64,000 nt of DNA. Origin: Klebsormidium nitens. Its lineage: Eukaryota > Plantae > Klebsormidiophyceae. The position numbers were made by a program, and so were the translations under genes. Below, one piece after another: positions 26,166 to 38,384 of this stretch. Where the stretch lies: contig DF237028.1 of NCBI GenBank assembly GCA_000708835.1, positions 169,473 to 233,472 of the forward strand, given 5' to 3'. The notes below the pieces were generated by a model, which saw only the letters and a list, made by a program, of their open reading frames with translations, was not told where the DNA came from and searched no databases. Each line of letters starts with the position of its first letter. The stretch's first letter is position 1.

Positions 26166-29100
26166 ATGGAGGACGACAACGAAGACATGGACCTGGATTT
26201 CAATCCTTTTGACTCGACGTTCGAAAACTTTGAGGAGTTTGACAGCCACGACGTGGAGTCCCTCGCAAAGGAGCTCCACTTCTATGAGGAGAAGGCCGAG
26301 TTCCTGGCAGGGCAGGGCGCGCTCGAGGGCTTCTCTATCAGCCGGGATGCATTCTCGATGCAGCACGATTACTTCTCGGAGGACGTCGGCCATTTGGACG
26401 CGAGCATCCAGGCGCAAAGAGGTGCCTCGCCCTCCGAATTAGACCTGCACTTTGCTGACCAAAGTCTCCGGAGCTTTTCTGAGGGGAAGAAGCAGCTGGG
26501 GGCGGGCCCGAGCAAGAGTGCGGAGGACCAAGGGGTGCAGCGGACAAACAGCTCTGGATCCCTGAAACGAACGCTGTCGGAACAAGCGGGCTACTCTGGG
26601 GCCGCGCACTCGGAGGAAGCCCACTCCCGAGGCTTCAGAGGCCTCGGTTTCGGCCAGGAGATGCACGCGGTTGAATCGGACGTCTTCGGGCGGAGCTCGG
26701 ACGCGTTTGGCCGAGGCTCTGACGCATTTGGGCAGAGTTCGGACGCTTTCGGGCAAAGTTCGGACGCTTTTGGACAGGCTCACGAACGGGGCTCCAACGG
26801 CCTTGGGCAACGTCCGGATCATGACGACGAGGGGCAACCGCCCGGCAGCCAATTGCATCCGCTAGCACCCCTAGAAGACTCTCTTTTAGGCTCACAGATA
26901 GAGCCGCGGGCGGGCGAGGCCCCCGCTTCGTTCAGCAACGACGACGACGCGCTCTTCCGCTTTGACACCGACAGCAAGCCGTTTGACTTTGGTGCTGCTC
27001 TGTTTGGCCACCTGCCGAATGGGGCGACGGCCTTGCCGGGCCTGGAGTCGGACTCGCCGCAAGAGCTGGCGGGACGGGGGGAGGGGGGCAGCGGTGGCCT
27101 GCTAGAGCCAGGTCTTTTGACCACTGAGGAAGCGAACGAGATCACCAAGGCGAACATGTGGGTCAGTTCTGACGGCGACGATCGGCCAATTGGGAGCCTG
27201 GTGAGTAAACCGTCTTTCGAAACGGAGCTCAGCTCGCAATGACATGGCAGATTGGAACTAGGCTTGAGGGAATGTGGTTGGTCGCGCAGGAAATTCGTGT
27301 TGGTGGTGATTGGGCGGTCCTTCTGAACACGGTTGTGCTTTTGTGAAGTTGAACGAGTGTGAGTGTGCTGCAATTCTGCTTGGTTGGCTGTGGTTTATTG
27401 CCCCAGAAAGCTTTGTTGTTGATTCCGTTGAATTGTTGAGGCTGCATTATATTGTTGGGGATGGTCACATTCTACCACCACGACTGGAAGTGCTTGGAGG
27501 GAGGTGGTGCTATTGCGAACCAGCATCTATGAAGTGACGTCATTCAGTATCTTATCATACTTACATCTTTTCGCTGTTTTCTACGTATAGATCTCTCTGT
27601 GAATTTGCTTGAGATAGTGATGGTCTAGGTCTTAGATGCAAAGTAAGAAAGTATCCCGGTCAAGTAGTGCGTGCACTTTTACCACCATTAGATGAAGTTT
27701 CATCTAGGGCCATGCTATGGTCGCTCTTTGCAAGTTGTTGCCAGGTTGCCTTCTGAGATGCAAAAGCATGAGCTGGCTCTGCTAGCTTCTTGCTCTGTGC
27801 AATTGAGCTTCGCCGTTGGGGCCCTAGATTACATACTTAGAGGCTCCTTTTGGAGCTGTGTCATGAACTTGCCCTTTTGCAAAGCTCGAGTGGAGTATTT
27901 TCTCATACCGCTTTGCAACGTTGAGAACTCGACCCAAATACAACGGTCTTGAGAGCCCACCCGCTGTCAGTCTTGTAGATACAGCAGTCATGCAGATTCG
28001 AGTATGCAAGTTGGATAATGGTCAAGGATATGGGCTCAGCTGTGGCCTTGACTGCTCAGGAAACTCGTCAGAATCCACATCAGGTGGCAGCATCATTTTC
28101 CCAAGTCACATGCTAAGTGGCAAGCTGACATTGGTTTGCAAACCGAGTCTTGAGTCACCTCTTCCAATTCTAGCTGTTCAGCGGCGTCGATTCCGTTCCC
28201 ATTCATAAGCAGGGTCAACACTGCGAACCCAAAGCTCAGACTTCCGTTCCCATTCGTTAGCAGGGTCAACACTTGCGAACCCAAAGCTCAAACATCAAGC
28301 GACGGAAGGTTTCAGACGTCATTCTTCTGCTCTGATCATGCAGAAGGAGGCCAAGTCCGCAAAGAAAGCAGGGTCGTCCGGCAAGAGGAGTTCCCGGAAA
28401 CGCAGCGCCGCGGCAATCACGAAGAAAATGGACCCTGTGGAAGCGGCCCGGCTAGAAAAGAATAGGATCAAAGCGCAGCGGCACCGCGACAAGATGAAGG
28501 TGAGTGACCAGATAGCTGCTTTTTCTTGTTTCCATGCGACTTTTGCTCTGTTTCTTATTTTAGTTCCCACAGGACGACAGTGCTACAAAGCTCTGCGGCC
28601 CTTGAAGCCTTTTGTCTTCAGTTGCTCGAGACAAGTAGACTGTTCAAAGTGGCAGCTGCTGAAACGAGAATTATGTTCTGTTGAAAGGGATCTCAGCATA
28701 GAGTGCAACTGAGGGATGATTGCTTTGCATCAAAAGCTGTACATGTCGATGCATGAAAGCCCAACTGTTGCTTCCAGGAATAAAGAACTTGTGACTCCAA
28801 GGGAAGACCGATGAAAGCCTCTTCGGTTGTGGAACTAGACTCCGTTTGCATATCGCATCGCGACTTTCACAGCGCCAGGATTTCAATGACCCTTCGTTGA
28901 GAAGAGAGAGCCGCTTAGGAATCTGTACAGCCCGGTGAACGTACGAATCAGGAAATTACGTGAATTTGGAAACAGTTCGAGCCTCATTTTTTCGTGTCCT
29001 GCTTTGCTCTTGCCCAGAATCGCTCCACGTAGTTGCTGGCATATGAAAGTTCAATGCTAAGCTCGAAACGGGGTATGCTTCCATCGTTTCTGACCCACTG

Positions 29101-31260
29101 TGGTTTTGCGCTAACCCTCCCCAATCAACCGCAGGCTTGGAAGTAGGACACGAAGCTCGAGACAAGTACGCTTCTTCCCTCCTTATTTACTGGTATATCG
29201 CGCTAATCCGCCCCTGTTAACCGCAGGCGTGGAAGGAGGACGTGAAGCTGGAGAACGAGGACCTGCGGGCGCAGCGCGCGAAACTGGCGGAGGAGCGGGA
29301 GGAGCTCGCGGTGGGGAAGGCGAGCCTGGAGCGGGAGAAGAACGAGATGGAGAAGACGATGTCGCGGCTCCAGCAGGAAGTCTCCCGGCTGCAGTCGGAG
29401 AACGCGCGGTTGTGGAAGGAGAACCAGGAGCTGAGCGAGGCAGCACAGGCCGGGCAGCGCCAGGTGCGCAACGCAATGTTCCTTTGGCTTGGGGTTCTCG
29501 GTCTGGGTTCTGAGTTCCGGTTCTGGGTTCCGGGTTTGGGTTCTGGCTTGCCTCTCTGAATCTGGTTCTGAGCTTGGACTCTGGTCCTGATTTCTGGGTG
29601 TCGTTTAGGTTTTGGTGTGGAGGATTTGGTGTCAGCTCAGGTAATCAGGTTTCGAAAGCTCCAAGGCTTGTGAAGACTTTGCATCGGCTCTTCATGCTTT
29701 GTGGAGCGCAATATGTCTCGCTTGTCAGTGGTTCGAGTTCCGCTTCAGGCTTTGAGGTTGTCTGAACGGTCCATCTCATGGCTTACTGACGTTCGATGGG
29801 CTCTCCATCGAACGATTTGTGGTCAGGTGAATGCAACCAATGGGCATTCGAAGGCAATGTGATACTTGCTGTTCAGCCACGCTGCTTGGTTATTCATCCT
29901 TCCAGCGTAGGACAGCGCGCTTGCTTCTATCGATTCACTGTCCGGTGTGCAAAGTCCAACGTATGTAGGTTCTAGCTAGGCTGGCAACTTGCGAAGCAGG
30001 GGGAGTACCCCAAACGCCTGGCCATGCTATACAGAGAGACAGATTGATTGAAATCCTGACGATTGTGCTTGCGGCGGGTTTCTCCTGACTCCTGAGGCAT
30101 TGCCGCTTTGCTGTTTCCCGTGCAATCTGTTTGACTGTTGGGGGCCTGTGATCCAGTTCTGTGCAACCTGACGTTAGAATGAAGGAAATGGTACGTGCGG
30201 GCCGGCCTATTCTGTAAGGGAGCAGCGGCCGGTCAAAAGAACTCGCACCGTCGGCAGTCGTTTTCCAGCATGACCGTAGCTTTCGCACGAGTGCCCGTTC
30301 ACACCACACATGTCCGGCTCCGCTCGATGGCCTCAGTTTGTCGTAGGATCACAACCGACCTCACCCGGGAATGCATCTCTCGATTGGTTTGTAAGTTTTT
30401 CGTGGAACTAGAAGCATTGTGGCGGGTACCTTTGAATCGGTGCCACCGTTGCCTCGCTCTCCTTGCTTAGTCAAGTCCTCTTTTTGCTACTTGCAAAACT
30501 TCCCCACAACCGGCTCCGCGGAAACGTTCGACGGTTTTTTCTCTCTCTATTCGGACCTCCCGTTCAAAACCTGTATGGAGGTGCGATCGGAGGCTCTAAC
30601 GACTAGCTAATGTGATGCCAAGCGGTGCTTTTGCACAAGCCGGGGAGGTTCTCCACGTGGCGGACCTCCATAAGCTCAGCGACCGGTGATATCTCGTGCC
30701 CTGTAGAGTGCCTACCAGTGGAACAGCCGAAACGCTGACGCCGGCATGACGGAAGCGATCATTCGTTTTTCCAGGCCGACACAAAGCTCCTGCGCGAACC
30801 GAACGGCAGGGAGAGCCCTCACGTGGCGGAGCTAGACGACCGATTGACTCTCCGTGACCAAAGGAAGCTCCTTGTTGAAAGCGATAACGTGGGCATGACG
30901 TATGCAACCTTTTGTCTTCCCAGGCCGACACGAAGCTCCTGCGCGACCTGAGCGGCAAGGAGGGCCCCTACTTAACGGACCTGAAGGAACGGCTCAGATG
31001 TTGTTTTGAAAGAATGGAAAGTAGACATGACGTGAGCAAATTTTGCGTCTTTCCAGGCCGACACAAAGCTCCTGCGCGAGCCGAGTGGCGAGGAGGGGCC
31101 CCACGTGGCGGAGCTCCAGAAGCTGAACGACCGGCTGAAGGAGCAGAACGGCAAGCTGGAGGAGGAGCTTGCGGTGGTGAAGGGCGCGTTTGCGGCGCAG
31201 CTCCACACCATGAGTAACCTGGTGGCGATCCGGCCCCCTGGCCGGGATGACGAGGGATGA
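26166..31260 (+). CDS. bZIP transcription factor with acidic N-terminus and very long leucine zipper
   Basis: Exons 26166-27200, (possibly 27996-28083), 28264 or 28344-28499, 29227-29463 and 31057-31260. Spliced RLEKNRIKAQRHRDKMK-AWKEDV fits N-x7-R-x9-(V/L), followed by heptad positions V,L,L,L,L,M,L,L,L,L. Confidence 0.85.
26688..26771 (+). repeat. Coding 21-bp tandem repeat x4 (GRSSDAF/GRGSDAF/GQSSDAF/GQSSDAF)
   Basis: Directly visible in exon 1 of the bZIP gene. Confidence 0.9.
30640..31140 (+). repeat. Tandem copies (3 clear + 1 partial) of the acceptor and start of the bZIP last exon
   Basis: ccag|gccgacac(a/g)aagctcctgcgcga at 30775, 30924 and 31057. A partial ccacgtggcggacctccataagctcagcgaccgg lies at ~30650. 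Confidence 0.9.
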
Positions 31261-32826
31261 CGTCACAGTTTCATCTTTTCCAAAGGGGCTTTGATTGTGA
31301 AGACCCTCCTGAGAGGATTTCAATCCCCCGGGCTTCGCCGAGTAGTGATCCTCTGATTTCGCCGCTTATCGTGGCTAGACACTTCGGGGTTCAAGAAAGG
31401 TTAAGGTGGGCGTCGCCAAAGTTTCGGCGCGCGCACACCCCGAGGGTCCACCAGGCATTGCTACGCAGTGCGAGTTTTAAGATAGGCCAGGTGGGCTTTG
31501 TTAGAAAGTGTGAATTCTCGACTCGCGAGTGGCTATCCCTGCTACGAGACACGGGTTGTTCTCTTAGGCGCTGCTAATTAAGTGCGCGCTCAAGAGCATG
31601 TACAGAGTTGCAGAGAGCAGTCAAAAGATTTGCTGCCAGGCGCCGGCCGCGGGCTCGTTCCGTTCGCGCGGCGGTTCCCCCCGGCATGCACGGTGCCCGT
31701 TTCCGACCAGATTGACTTACTCGATAGGACAAAGATACGAACTTTCCTCACAAGAAGGAATTTGATTTTGATCAGCCTGTTTTCTCGTTTGCATTGTGCA
31801 CTAACTTAGAAGCAACCAACAATGGTGAAGTTGTGGGGGGAAGTGAGTTTCTTTCAGCGCTCCATGATTAATCAGTCCCGCTGAGCACAATCCAGCCATG
31901 CAGTCACCCGTCCAGGCGTTATTGGACGACTTGCACTCTCCACCAGTTCTACAAAGTTCCGAGTTCCAGACATTGAATGAGCACAAATGATTCAAGTCTC
32001 TTCATTGCGCACAGTGAATCTTGATCCAGTGAGACATGACCGTGATCTAGTACATGAGAGATGCTTCTAGGCCCGCTATCGAAATCAGCTTTTCATGGAC
32101 TCATTGGTAAATTACTTCATTGACAAGTACTGACTCTGACATGATCATTCGCCATATGCGCGCAAAGCCGCAGCTATATGTGGAACATGCATGTCAAACC
32201 GTCATGTGATGAGTCAACTTCTATATATATAGGGCCAGATAGATTCTTAAATTGGGGGCATGTGCTGGCAATTCATTCTCATGGCGTCGGATAAATCATG
32301 TATATACATGGTACCATAGATCTCCGTCCATCTCGGATCAGTTTGAATCGAGGAATGATCCTCGGTGATTGGCAATCATATACTCTATCTTTTCTCTTAA
32401 CTGCAGATCAAAATTCAATGCCGTACTATGCGTCAACATCGTCGCGCTAGCCTAGTCGATATTCGGCTGACTGTTGTACCACAGTGTCACGTCCGACGAC
32501 CTGCCTCCAGATCGATGATTTTAGTCGATTATGCAGATTCTGCTGATCTCTTCTGCAGCCCAAGTTAAGCCAGCTGAGCATCGACTCGTTCCTGTCATCT
32601 TTCAGAATCAAGGATCATGTTCGCGTGCGCCACTCTACTTGAAACACACCCGGCTGGCAAGGCTGCCCACATTGCACGGGCGGCCACCAGCTTCCACTCT
32701 AGCATACTCTCAATCTGTTTTTAAAGTAATAACTCCTATGAATGTCCTACTCGTTTAGTTCAGTCTATCGCTGCACTGATAAGTATGTTCCCAATGACTT
32801 TGGCACTTTGCCATCCTAGTAGAAAC

Positions 32827-35800
32827 TCAAGATTTCAGGCTTGTCATGAAATCTAGTCCCTGCTGTGCTGCTTCCCGCTTTGCCTTCTTATGGTTATCGC
32901 CTCGGCCGGTTCCTAATAGTTGCTTTCCCAGGTACACTTCCGCTTTGAAGACTCGACTCCGTAGAATCGGCAGACGTTCGATTCTGAATCAAGACGCAAC
33001 ACACGTTCAGTAACGCTCCACGAAGACGTTCAACAAGGATTCTCAAGAGCACTACCTTCACAGAGTAGATTTCTGCAAGACAAGAAATAAAGCACAGAAC
33101 AGCTAGTGGAAACAATGGGATACAAAACCATATCTGTTTTTGCGCTAAAACAATCGCTGTAAAGTAGTGTTTTTAATAGGAGATGATAGCCCTTTCCCTT
33201 GGATCACTGCAGAGTGGTGCTACGTCGTCTGGCAGACTCTCTCTGGAAGAATGTCGCGAAAGCGTTGTCAACCCTACCTGTACTCTGGAAAGCAGTTCGC
33301 GTGTGCCACTATCAACTCTTGGAGCAGCGATACGGGATCCCCCTGCAACCAGATGTCGAACAGGGGGATCATGAGAAGCTTGTTCAAATCTAGCATGAAG
33401 GTCACTCAGTCCATCCAATAATTCAAAGGACGGTGCAGGCACGTGTCGACCAGGGGGCAATCATGAGGATTCTTGAACAGTCTGGAGAATCTTGCGGTTC
33501 GATCCGTCCGCCTGATGTTTCTAATAACGCTGCGCAGGGAGCAGAGAGAAAGAAACAACCGCGTCCAATCATGAGAATGGTAAGGAGGGAATGAGGTGCT
33601 CGAATCCGAGAGTATGCTCTAGTATCTCTTGAATCCAACAGGCTTTGAAGGGCCATTACCCGTTACGAGGTACCTTATTCGTACCAAGTCAGAAATGGTT
33701 GAGGGGACTAAGAGCTAACTGGCTCAAGGTGGGGCGCTGGAGTTTTGGCGTGAAGTAATGCAGGTCGACGACGAGAATTGACGACCAAAAAGTTTGGAAC
33801 TCGCTGACGAAGCGCCTACCGTGGTAGACCGTGCGTGCTGCTGAAGGAGTGGGAGGAGCTTGTCGAGTACTAGGGTGCTGGCTACACCGATGCCCTGTAC
33901 ACGATAACGTGTGAGATAGAAGCCAAGATTGTGATTGTGCTCAAGTGAGCCTGTGTTCAGCGTCGGTCAAGTAGCAGTGACGTTCTCGGACGCGCTACTA
34001 ACGTGCTTGTTGGATTCAGCGCCGGAAGATACTTCCGACAGATACCAGGTTATGCTCGCTAAGGAGAGTGCCCGAGGGACGGGGTAGGGTTGGTTTGAAG
34101 GTTGAGGGTGGGAACAGATGCGGCGTGTTGTTTCTTGCCCTTGTGTCGTTCGTGCACCCAAGCAGTTTCCTTAGTCAACATGCTCTTAGTCACTGTGAAA
34201 TGATGAAGAAGTATCCGCTTCCGTCCTTTTGTTTTGTTGCAGTGCACAAGAAGCTGCGTTTGACGCATGCTTATCTTGGAGGGAGACGCGCATCAACGAT
34301 CCAAACCTTCGGAAACTCAAAGTCTCTACTGAAAAGATCGAAGGCTTGACATTCGACACTTGCTGAAACAACATGTTAGACGGTTTGGCGCTTACCCTTT
34401 CCACGAAGACCCCACCAATAATTGTTTCGACTGTGTCCGACATCAGATTCTCCTGCACCAGAATGCATCTGACGTAAATTGCTATAAGCAGAAGAAAGGC
34501 GCCTTTGGAAGGCGATAGCGGAAGTTAAACAAGCTCGCGATCGAAAGGTCGGCTTGATCCGGATCTTTGCCGCTCAGGATGTCAGGAAACAATCATTGCC
34601 GCTTTTACTTACATGAACGTGTGAAAAGAAGGGCTGTCACGATTAGCTCAGGTATGTATACTGGAACATCGAGGAATCGTACCGAGACACTATTCCATTT
34701 CAAAGATGCAGTTTGAAATGCAGTGATTAGTCACCCAGACAGAATCGAAATAATGAATTGCATCTCGACGAGCATCGAAGCCGATTCGCAGCGCAACAGA
34801 ATGCATGCGGAGGCCGCAGAAAAGTACCAGATTGCGGTCAGCGGGAGCTTGAAGCGAGACACAAAGTGTTGCTCTGAAACGCCTTGATGCAACAAACGTG
34901 ACGTCGTCATCCATCCTTATTTTACAAAGGCCGATCTCCGGAGCAAACAAGCATCCAAAAACCAAACAACCATCATTGTCAGAACAGAACGTCAGGTTGT
35001 GGAGAGAATCGTCGTGTGCTCCTCGGATAGCACCAGTTCGCCAGTACAATGGCAGTGGGACCAAAATTGATTATAGACTCACTACCGCTGGGGCATGCCA
35101 GTGCGGCTTCTTGGTTGTTGGCTTCTGGCTCTTGAGATCGGGGTCGCACAGAATGCGGTCAGCCAGCTTCAAAGGCCCCAGCCCCACTACCCCCATGGCC
35201 TGGTTGCTGCGGAGATGATGCACGGCCTTTGATATGTTTCCCTGCAACAAATAAGCCGAACGGTGCGACGTGTTACACCTTTTCTTTTGAGCCTTTCTGG
35301 TGAAGAGGGACGCGAAAAACAGGGGTGGAATGCTTGAGCGTCTCCTTCATGCCGGTGACGAATCAGAGATTGGAAAGAGCGTAAGTGAGAAAGTTTTTGA
35401 CATGCAAGCCCTGTTTCAGCTTAGCCGCTTCACAATCCGGGGAAAGCTACAGCGGGGTCATATGCAGAACTTTGTAAGTTGCCATTTCAGAACGGAGTGC
35501 CGTAACAGGTCTGGCAGCTGACAAGGGTTCAGGTGGTCGGACTGGCCACGGATTCACACTGAGCCTTTGTTGTTGTCCAGCTCGTAAACGACAGCAATCG
35601 AAAGGCTTTGGTGCGGAACATGATTGCCTATGAAAGTTACTGCATCACAAAGAGTGTCAATGAGCTCGAACAACAAGTTTGGATTGATATGTCCTCCTTC
35701 AACAATGGCAATCACAGTCTTGCCCTGCGCTTGGAAATTCTCACAGGTGACTGGCCGGCCGTTGAATATCAATTTCAAGGCTCCACCTGAAATGCTCGAG

Positions 35801-37477
35801 AGAAGAACAACATCTGAACAAGGGCAGTGTGCAACAAAGTCAAGTTGAGGCAACGTACGATTGGGCCGTTTCCGGAGGTCTCCACGAGGTAAGTGGTGAG
35901 GACGGAGTTGAGGACTGCATCCCCGAGGAACTCCAGCTTGGTGCGCACCTGGCAAAAATGGTCACAAATCACAAATAAGAAACGATTACCTCGGGACTTT
36001 CCTAAGATACCTGGAGAGACTGCAACGGTTGGGCCATGAATCGGATGCAGCTTCTATAGGCAGGCAGGCATCACCTTCACTGAACTTGCAAGGGTCCACT
36101 TTTGTCACGTCAAAGAACCTTTTGCTCGTCTTTTTCGTTGCCAAGCCCTTCCAGAGAGAGTCTTGCTGCATTTCAAATTTTCTATTGGTCAGCCAAGGCG
36201 CTCACCGAGCGGAACCCCGCCGTTCCGTGCACTGCCTCCTCCCCAAGAAGGTTTGCGGTCAGAGCGGAGTTGTAGTAGCTCTCATGTATGAGTGTGGCAA
36301 GGATCAGCTGCTTACTGACATCTCGGATGCCAAGACCATCAAAGAATTCCTGCAACGAATTTGGGACCAAAAAGGGCTTTGAAACGAATCCACAGTTCAA
36401 GTACATGTATACCACCCTGAGGTCTTTGCACCCTCGTCAATCTATGGGTTAGCCTGACCTGCAAGGGGTTCTGTTGCAAGCACCATGTCAGATCCTCGTA
36501 CTGTCCTTCATATCTACCACAGCGTTTCAAAGAGATAAAACTTGCACAACTGAAGGGAATTGCAGCGTTGCGAAGTTGACTCAATACGCAGTATACAGCC
36601 CCAAGTTCCACAAACTCACTTGCGAGTGCTTCAAAAAGCGGGGAGGCAACTTCAGTGTCTCGGTTTCTGGGAGCTGCCACCAGATGGGGACTGCAACAGA
36701 ATTTATGGGGACCCCTTTGCCTTCATGGAGAAGTGCACTTTTTTCTTGATGGTGGGGTGGTGTGAATGAGGACGGATTGAAAAGTCTCTTCGTGGATGCT
36801 ACGGCCCCTTCCAGCTCCTGGAACCGCAATGCTGCCTCGTTGTTCTCATCGCTTATTGAATGATCATCATATTTGTCGCCAGTGTCTTCATCTGGATCTC
36901 TGTGCTCCACGGAAGGCACCACCACGGTTTGCAGGCCCGCTAGTTGCAATCTCTGCACTGTTGATGGTGTTGCAGCGAAGGGCTTTCTAAATCTACTTTC
37001 AAATTGACCAACACCGCCAAAGCTTAGCCTAGTAGCCTTTCCTGCGGCCTGCTGCAAGCTGCCTGTGGTGCTGGCATTGCCATGAGTACTCCTCCTTTCT
37101 GCTAAGTGCGCCAAATGTTCCACAGAACAATTGGTGGAATCTCTGTAGGTTCTTTGTGCTGTTAAGACTGCAAATTTGGAAGAATCTTTGACAGTTTCCG
37201 CAACATGAATGTTCCTCAAGGAGACTAGAGAGGTACCACCACCGGGACGCACTTTCGCAGACGGGCAGGTGGCATCCAAGGTGACATCAGCAATCCCTTC
37301 GTCAGAACTTCGATAGGCACTGCCAATTCCGTCAATTGAGAGCTGCAAGCACCCGCATTGCTTGAAGCCATGCGTGAGCAGCTGCATCTTAGACCGTTGC
37401 ATCTTTTCAGTGCTTTCGAGTCGATAGGAGGAGCCTTTGCAAAGCTCGGAGTCGCAGCCTATGAGTAGTACGATCAT
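32827..37477 (-). CDS. Bacterial-type (class 1) ribonuclease III with C-terminal dsRBD and long N-terminal extension
   Basis: LATLIHESY; exon 35948-35859 RTKLEFLGDAVL; exon 35241-~35083 GNISKAVHHLRSNQAM; exon 34452-34396 MSDTVETIIGGVFVE; GIGVASTLVLDKLLPLL; dsRBD GDPVSLLQEL...FKAEVYLGKQLLGTGRGDNHKKAKREAAQQGL, stop at 32827. Start is ATG 37477 or 37402. Confidence 0.9.
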
Positions 37478-38384
37478 GCGATGACAATAATACCCAGTGG
37501 CAGTACAGGTCGACCGCAGGGCTTGCAACCAACTTTCACCGGTGCCGGCTGTCTACCGGCCCTCCTACATTTCTACCGGCTGGCCACACGGGTCAAAGCA
37601 CCGGGCGCCGGTTTTGCCTAGGCGCTCCGCACTTTTTGCCGGCTATCCAGCCGGTGGGGTGCCTTCGGCACCGGTGCATCTGTCATTTCTGCCGGCCAGG
37701 TCCAGCTTAATCACCGGTTCGTGACAAGCACTGGGACTCGACCGTCTTCCTGCATGCGCGCGTGGACCGAAAAACCTTTCCAGCCACTCACTTGCACTCG
37801 GGCAAGTATAGTACAAACTTCAAAGAACTCAGTTATAAAAGTGTTAACAGGCAAGTGTTACCTGGGCCAACAGTCTGAGCCGCACGATTGATGTTCACCC
37901 GTACCACAAGCTGGACCGTGGATTGAATCTCCGAAAGCTTGTGTTCAAATGCTTGTACCGGGGAGCCAAACAACTTCATTGCGGTACCTAGTGCCTATCA
38001 CTTTAAACTACCTAGAGATAGCTGCGGAAGCCCGGGGTACGAAAATCCGTCTTCCGGTCAAAACCACCGGGTGAGGTAGGCAAGCCGTGCGAGGGCGTTA
38101 GTACCGGGGTTTGTACTTTTGGCGGGGGCTAAGGGGCTAAAGAGATTCCAACCAAGTCCGGTCATCTAAGCCAGGCACTCTTAGCATTCACCCGACTGTG
38201 ATAGGTAGGAGGCTTGGTGACTTGGTTTGCGTCAACAGCCGTGGTACCGAGCAGTTTTGCCGGTCAGAATGCATAGACACAGAAGATTCCAGGGGGTTGG
38301 AACACTTGATGTTCACACTTTTACAACTGAGTTCTTGACCTTTTTGCGCCACTCGGATGGCTTTTCTGATTCACGTGATACCTA

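Noticed and set aside
35990-36171. Possible extra RNase III exons (QDSLWKG... and a 21-nt micro-exon)
   Set aside because: Phases do not fit the LEFLGD exon, whereas direct GFRS|VRTK splicing is in frame.
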